Below, one piece after another: positions 59,233 through 64,000 of a stretch of DNA of 64,000 nt. This DNA is from Candidatus Latescibacterota bacterium (lineage in GTDB: Bacteria; Latescibacterota; UBA2968). The stretch's first letter is position 1. The number at the start of each line of letters is the position of its first letter. Location: NCBI GenBank assembly GCA_965198115.1, contig OZ240241.1, forward strand, positions 7,040,001 through 7,104,000. The letters are read 5' to 3'. The translations under genes were made by a program, and so were the position numbers. The notes beneath the pieces are model-generated. The model worked only from the letters and a program-made list of their open reading frames with translations. It was not told the DNA's origin and did not search any database.

Positions 59233-59964
59233 TCAGAGATCGATACCGCGTGACCTGGCGACCGTGAGACTGGCCTGCAATAACGATTCGTGATTTTCTC
59301 CAGCGTCGAGCCACCAGCCCTCGAGGCGGTCGTACATCATCTCGCCCCGCTCGATGTATGCATTGTTGACGTCGGTGATTTCAAGTTCTCCGCGCTGCGA
59401 CGGCTCGAGGCCGTCGACGATTTCAAATACGTCAGACGGATACATATAGACGCCAATCACAGCTGTGTTCGTCGGTGGGACTTCGGGCTTTTCGATGATC
59501 CGCTTGATGCGATCGCCATCGGTTTCGGCGATGCCGTATTCCCAGGGGTGAGCGACTTCCTTGAGGAAAATCCGAGCACCTCTTTCTTGGTTCTCAAAGG
59601 CATCGACGCTCGGTTTGATGTTCCGTTCGAGGATGTTGTCGCCAAGGACCACGATCATCTTGTCGTCACCGACGAAACCACGACAGAGGCCGAGGGCTTC
59701 GGCGATGCCGCCATTGCCGGATTGATACGCGTAGTTAATCCGAGGGAGGCCGAAGTCCTCGCCGTTTCCGATAAGGTTCAAGAACTCCCCCGCAAAGTTG
59801 CCGTCGGTGAGGACGATGATGTCCGTGACACCTGCGTCGACGAGCATTTGGATGGGGTAGAAGACCATCGGCCGATCGAAGACGGGGAGGAGATGCTTGT
59901 TCGTGATGCGGGTCAGGGGTTGGAGTCGAGTTCCGAGCCCTCCCGCCAAGACGACACCTTTCAT
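59233..59964 (-). CDS. Glucose-1-phosphate thymidylyltransferase-like sugar-phosphate nucleotidyltransferase
   Basis: VLAGGLGTRL.PLT...NKHLLPV, LGDN, EKP, RGELEITDVN, WLDAG. Confidence 0.9.
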   Translation of the reverse strand: MKGVVLAGGLGTRLQPLTRITNKHLLPVFDRPMVFYPIQMLVDAGVTDIIVLTDGNFAGEFLNLIGNGEDFGLPRINYAYQSGNGGIAEALGLCRGFVGDDKMIVVLGDNILERNIKPSVDAFENQERGARIFLKEVAHPWEYGIAETDGDRIKRIIEKPEVPPTNTAVIGVYMYPSDVFEIVDGLEPSQRGELEITDVNNAYIERGEMMYDRLEGWWLDAGENHESLLQASLTVARSRGIDL

Positions 59965-60054
59965 CCGGATGCCCTTTCGATTCTGCGATGAGGAATCAGT
60001 CCTTCAGACGGTTGGATACACCAACCTTATGTGAAGAACGACGGGGGTCAACTG

Positions 60055-60095
60055 CATAGAACATAGAACATTGAACATAGAATATAGAACATTGT
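60055..60095. repeat. Heptamer tandem array (catagaa-like, about six units)
   Basis: catagaa catagaa cattgaa catagaa tatagaa cattgta; same unit as at 9386-9410. Confidence 0.8.
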
Positions 60096-60188
60096 ATGTG
60101 GTATACACGCCCGATGGGCTTGACGTTCGGATCGGATGAGGCCTAACGTTGAGTAGAGTCGTTACCCTCAACCGCGAGGAAAGACGCT

Positions 60189-60845
60189 ATGAAAACATTC
60201 AACTGGGTCACTGCGATCGTGATGTTGACTGCGGGTTCATCCCACGCCGGAATCGGCATCACGGGGAAAGGCGGGACACTCGGAGTGGGGGGCGAGGCGA
60301 CATTCGGTGTGATCCCGATGGTCAATGTGCGTGGCGGATTGAACCTTTTGAATGTCGGCCTCAATCTGTCCGCTGGTGGTATCGACTACGATGCCGATCT
60401 CGAGCTGCTCTCTGCGCACGTCCTGGGCGATTTCCATCCGATACCGGAGAGAGGTTTTCGTCTGTCGGGCGGCATCATCTACAATGCGAACGACCTGCAA
60501 ATGGTCAGCGAGGAGCTGACGACGACAGTAGAGGTCGGGGGCCAGCCCTATCCCGTCTCCGATGTCGGAACCCTGGCGAGTCAGGTTGATTTCAAAACGA
60601 CCGTTCCCTACATCGGCCTCGGCTGGGGCAACGCCGCTGCGAGTCGCGTGGTGTTTTCGGTCGATCTGGGGGTGATGTTTCAAGGTTCACCGCAGGTGAC
60701 TCCGCGCGCCACCGGGCCGATTGCGGACGATCCCGTGTTCCAGGAGAATCTCAGAAGAGAAGCGCAGGAACTCCAAGATGACATCGCGTGGTTCAAATAC
60801 TATCCCGTTCTATCGATCGGGATCGGTTTCAAGATTACACCGTGA
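60189..60845 (+). CDS. Putative outer-membrane beta-barrel protein
   Basis: Signal peptide, GTLGVG, DFHP, PYIGLGWG, YPVLSIGIGF terminus. Confidence 0.75.
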   Translation: MKTFNWVTAIVMLTAGSSHAGIGITGKGGTLGVGGEATFGVIPMVNVRGGLNLLNVGLNLSAGGIDYDADLELLSAHVLGDFHPIPERGFRLSGGIIYNANDLQMVSEELTTTVEVGGQPYPVSDVGTLASQVDFKTTVPYIGLGWGNAAASRVVFSVDLGVMFQGSPQVTPRATGPIADDPVFQENLRREAQELQDDIAWFKYYPVLSIGIGFKITP

Positions 60846-60999
60846 CCTTTTCCCAACCCTGACCGAGTAGGGGGCAGGAGACTGTGAGCCGTCGAGATCT
60901 TTGCGATTTCGGCGGCCATTGTTTTGGGCAAAACGAAGGGCGAGTCTCGACGACAGACTCGCCCTTGCCCTGGCAAATGGCTCAAACTCACAGACCTGC

Positions 61000-61179
61000 T
61001 TAGCTGTCGTTGCCACCCATGATCATATGCCAACCGATTGCGAGGAGTGCCGTGTTTGCGCTCGCGCGTGAGAATCCCTCGGGGGGATAGCCGGCAATGT
61101 CGCCGCTCACGGTCCCGATGATGGCAAGGATGAGGGCAATCGCTGAAATCATGATGAGCGCTTTTGGGGCTGCTTCCAT
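61000..61179 (-). CDS. Small two-TM membrane protein (59 aa)
   Basis: RBS aggagg; MEAAPKALIMISAIALILAIIG...PEGFSRASANTALLAIG. Confidence 0.6.
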   Translation of the reverse strand: MEAAPKALIMISAIALILAIIGTVSGDIAGYPPEGFSRASANTALLAIGWHMIMGGNDS

Positions 61180-61256
61180 AGGTTCCTCCTTGGGGCAGGA
61201 TTTGTGTGACGCATCCCCAGCTTCCCCAGCCCGTCGTGTGTCGTGTAGCCTACAAA

Positions 61257-61787
61257 GAGCTATAATCAAAAGGTGTGGAAAAAGAGAAAGGGCGACCCTA
61301 CCCTTCCCGTGAGATAGTTGATTCACACAAAACCGGGTGAGAGGCCCGGTTGGGAAGGAGGATCGCCGTGAAGGAACATACGCATAGAGCCCCATTGAAG
61401 TCCATGCCGACGTGGGAGACGGTTGACGATTGGATCCGTGAAGAGATCCAGGGCCGGTTCCAGTCCATTCTGGAGGAGGAGGCGACCGCGTTCTTGGGCC
61501 GGTCGTGGTATGAGCGCCGAGCCGAGGTCGATAGCTCCAGGGGCTACAGGAACGGCTACGGCAAGCCCCGGCGTCTCTCGACGAGCTGCGGAACGATCAA
61601 GGTCCGGCGTCCCCGGGTTCGTGGTCTGGAAGAGCGGTTTGAAAGCCGCATCCTCCCCCTGTTCGCCCGGAGAACCAGGGCCATTGGAGATCTGCTTCCC
61701 GACCTTTATCTCCACGGTCTCTCCCAGGGCGACTTCGAGTTGTCTTTGCGTGCGCTGCTCGGTGATGGCGCGCCGCTTTCGCCGACC
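61257..61787 (+). mobile_element. Truncated copy of IS256 A (left 531 bp)
   Basis: Near-identical to 9468-9998 (one substitution seen); identity stops at ccgacc; no right TIR or TSD. Confidence 0.93.
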
Positions 61788-61832
61788 CATCACCGGCGCC
61801 ACCCATTTCGCACAGGAGCCGAAAGGCAGTTT

Positions 61833-62078
61833 GGAACCACTGATGAACACGGATGAACACAGATAGGATCGGACCGGGGTGAGACCGTTTCAGCGAGACA
61901 CGAACAGATCGAGGGGCACTGTTGGGGCCGGAGCGATGGTTGATGTGATAGGGCGGGAGATCTCGAGCGAAGTCGAATATTGTCAGGTCTGGCTCTGTAG
62001 ACGGTTTATCGGAATGGATCGATCATTCCCGCCCTGACCAACCGCCATCTGGGTCTATCTGTGTTCATCGGTGGCTCC
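61833..62078. repeat. Inverted pair of decamer arrays bracketing about 185 bp
   Basis: ggaaccactgatgaacacggatgaacacagatagg ... tctatctgtgttcatcggtggctcc. Confidence 0.8.
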
Positions 62079-62085
62079 ACGCTTT

Positions 62086-62852
62086 TTATCGCACGGAGAC
62101 ATAGCCCACGGATTCATTGTGGGCGATTGCGTCGGGAAAGTTGGTGTAGAGGTGATCGAGGATGGCGTCGATGTGATCCTGACACACGGTTGATTCGTAA
62201 GGGAATTCCCCGGTTTCGCGGAACTGCTGACCGTTGCGGTCGTGGAAGTCGCCCCGCCGATCGGTGAATTGACCCCAGTGACCCATCGTATACCGGACTT
62301 CCCTGTGTCCCTCGGCACTGTCCGCCCACGCCTGCGGGAAAAGATCGGCGAACGATGGCACGGAGTTGAGCCAGCTGCCGCAGGCGACAGTGTCGATGTC
62401 GGGTCGATTGCGCTTGGAGTCTTCGAGCATCCGGATGAGGGCGGCGGCGAACGCGTCCTTTTTCGATGTCAGCGGTGATTCGGGTGCGTAGGTGTTGAAG
62501 ATGTGGATGTTGAGTCGTTCGCCGCCCCTGTAGTCGCACGACCAGCTCTCATATGGCCGGTCCTCCCGTGGTTCCTGGGGATCTCCTGTCGTGTCGACTT
62601 TCGCTTTGATGTCCGGCCAGAAGATCTCCAGGCCCTTCTCCTCGAGGGTGTTCGGGTCATCGATGTGTGCGTCGAAAACGTCGCGGAGACGATCGAGCAA
62701 AGCGGTCCATTCGGGAATGACGTCCCCTTTGGATGGATGGACGCCACCCGTGCTGAATCGGGTGTTGCGGAAGATGTTCACGCGATGGTTGAGCGCACCT
62801 TCGAAGTCGCTGGAACCTTCGAGGATGCGCTTTCGCGCGTACCAGAGACTTA
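62086..62852 (-). pseudogene. Hypothetical protein whose 5' part is displaced by IS630 copy 2
   Basis: The first ORF residues MRTGVL come from the IS end; the rest has a CGSWLN motif, a weak resemblance to GNAT-like acyltransferases. Confidence 0.65.
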
Positions 62853-64000
62853 GTACTCCTGTTCTCAAATACGGTGACGTATTCTAAGCAGACTTTGCCA
62901 AGGGCGTATCGTAGAACCTGAGTTTGTCGATCATCTCCGCGAGATCTGTTCGTGTGAACTTCCATTTGAAGGGTGTGGCGATACGTCCGTAGCGTTCCTG
63001 AAAACCGAGGATTCTTGCCTCAAGCTCTTCGAGCGATGCAAATTCGATAGGTGTCAGAGCCTTGCGTTTGAGGATCGAGAAGTAGATCTCGATCTGATTG
63101 AGCCAGCTTGCGTGGATCGGAAGGTGAACGGGGTGGATGTTTGGCCACTTCCCCTGGATACGGTCGATGCATGTTTGCCCTCGGTGCGAGGAGCCATTAT
63201 CCACGATGAGGTAGACTTTCTTTGCCGAGCAATAGGGTTTCCGGCTCATGATCAGGCTCAGGAGCCGGTTGAAGGGCTCGATACCCGAAGAAGACTCACA
63301 GAGACCGAAGATTCGACCATTGTGCACGTCGAGAGCAGCCAGATAGGCCAGGGCTCCTTTCCGCTCGTATTCGTGTTTCAACGCGTGCCGCTCTGTTCGA
63401 GGCTGGCGGTAGGGTAACGTGCTTGCGAGCTCGTGCTTGAATACTGGTCTTTTCGTCGGCAGAAAGTACATATTCCCTCGGCCCTAAAGGCTTTCCTTGC
63501 CATTGGCGGTGATACAGATCAAGGACTCTACCTGCTTTGGTTTGGAAGTCCGGGTCCCGTGGGAAAATCCAGGAGCGATGATACCAAGGACGAATCGCGT
63601 CCTCGTTCAACCAGCGCCAGACAGTGGCGCCGCTGATCTTGGCAACGAAGCCCCTTTGCACTGCCTCGGCGGCAATCTCGGAACAGCTGAACCGCGAGAG
63701 CGGTATCCCGCTCTCGCTCGGTAGTTCACACGCCAGCGCCTTGATCTGAACGACCACCTGAGGGGGGAAAACCGGGCGGGCGCCCGGGACGAGATCTATC
63801 TTCGAGTCCCGAAAGACGCTCTTCGAAAAAGCGCTTACGCCATTTGCTTACGATCGGACGCGGAACATCCAACCGTTGGGCGATAATCTTGTTGGATAAT
63901 CCCTCGGCGGCGAGAAGCACGATTTTCGATCGGATCACTTGATAATACGGTAACGTATATTGTCCAGCCATTCGCTCGAGGTCGACCCGTTCCTTCTCAG
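62853..64000 (-). mobile_element. IS630-family element, copy 2 (inverted, runs off the window)
   Basis: Reverse complement of copy 1 with at least two substitutions; TA at 62851-62852; same three-frame transposase. Confidence 0.93.

Noticed and set aside
1-64000. tRNA, rRNA, riboswitch or prophage
   Set aside because: No recognisable signatures found by eye; a covariance-model search would be needed to exclude small RNAs

Overview
A GC-rich bacterial chromosome segment, mostly metabolic and housekeeping genes: the 3' end of ettA, sthA, pdxH, pdxJ, pyrD, yiaK, a PBP1A, a TRAP transporter, TonB and an ECF sigma/anti-sigma pair. The many 2OG/PhyH dioxygenases, amidohydrolases and sulfatase are compatible with a marine Latescibacterota/FCB-like MAG; that assignment is inference only. 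Accessory content: two divergent toxin-antitoxin modules with apparently leaderless promoters; two different intact IS256 elements, each with an 8-bp TSD; a truncated IS256 copy; and two inverted copies of an IS630 that share two frameshifts. Best leads: (1) a translationally coupled Fe-ADH + phnA + PhyH operon suggesting a non-canonical phosphonate catabolic route, possibly for 2-hydroxyethylphosphonate; (2) pervasive intergenic elements built from 7/8/9/10-nt degenerate tandem repeats, often as inverted pairs; (3) REP-like elements with fixed arms and variable or nested cores; (4) a very divergent FabV/TER-like protein; (5) a sugar-acid/sulfatase operon hit by IS256 just after its first start codon. 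Several single-base lesions may be long-read assembly errors. No rRNA, tRNA or CRISPR array was seen. All family assignments come from motif recognition by eye; no database searches were run.
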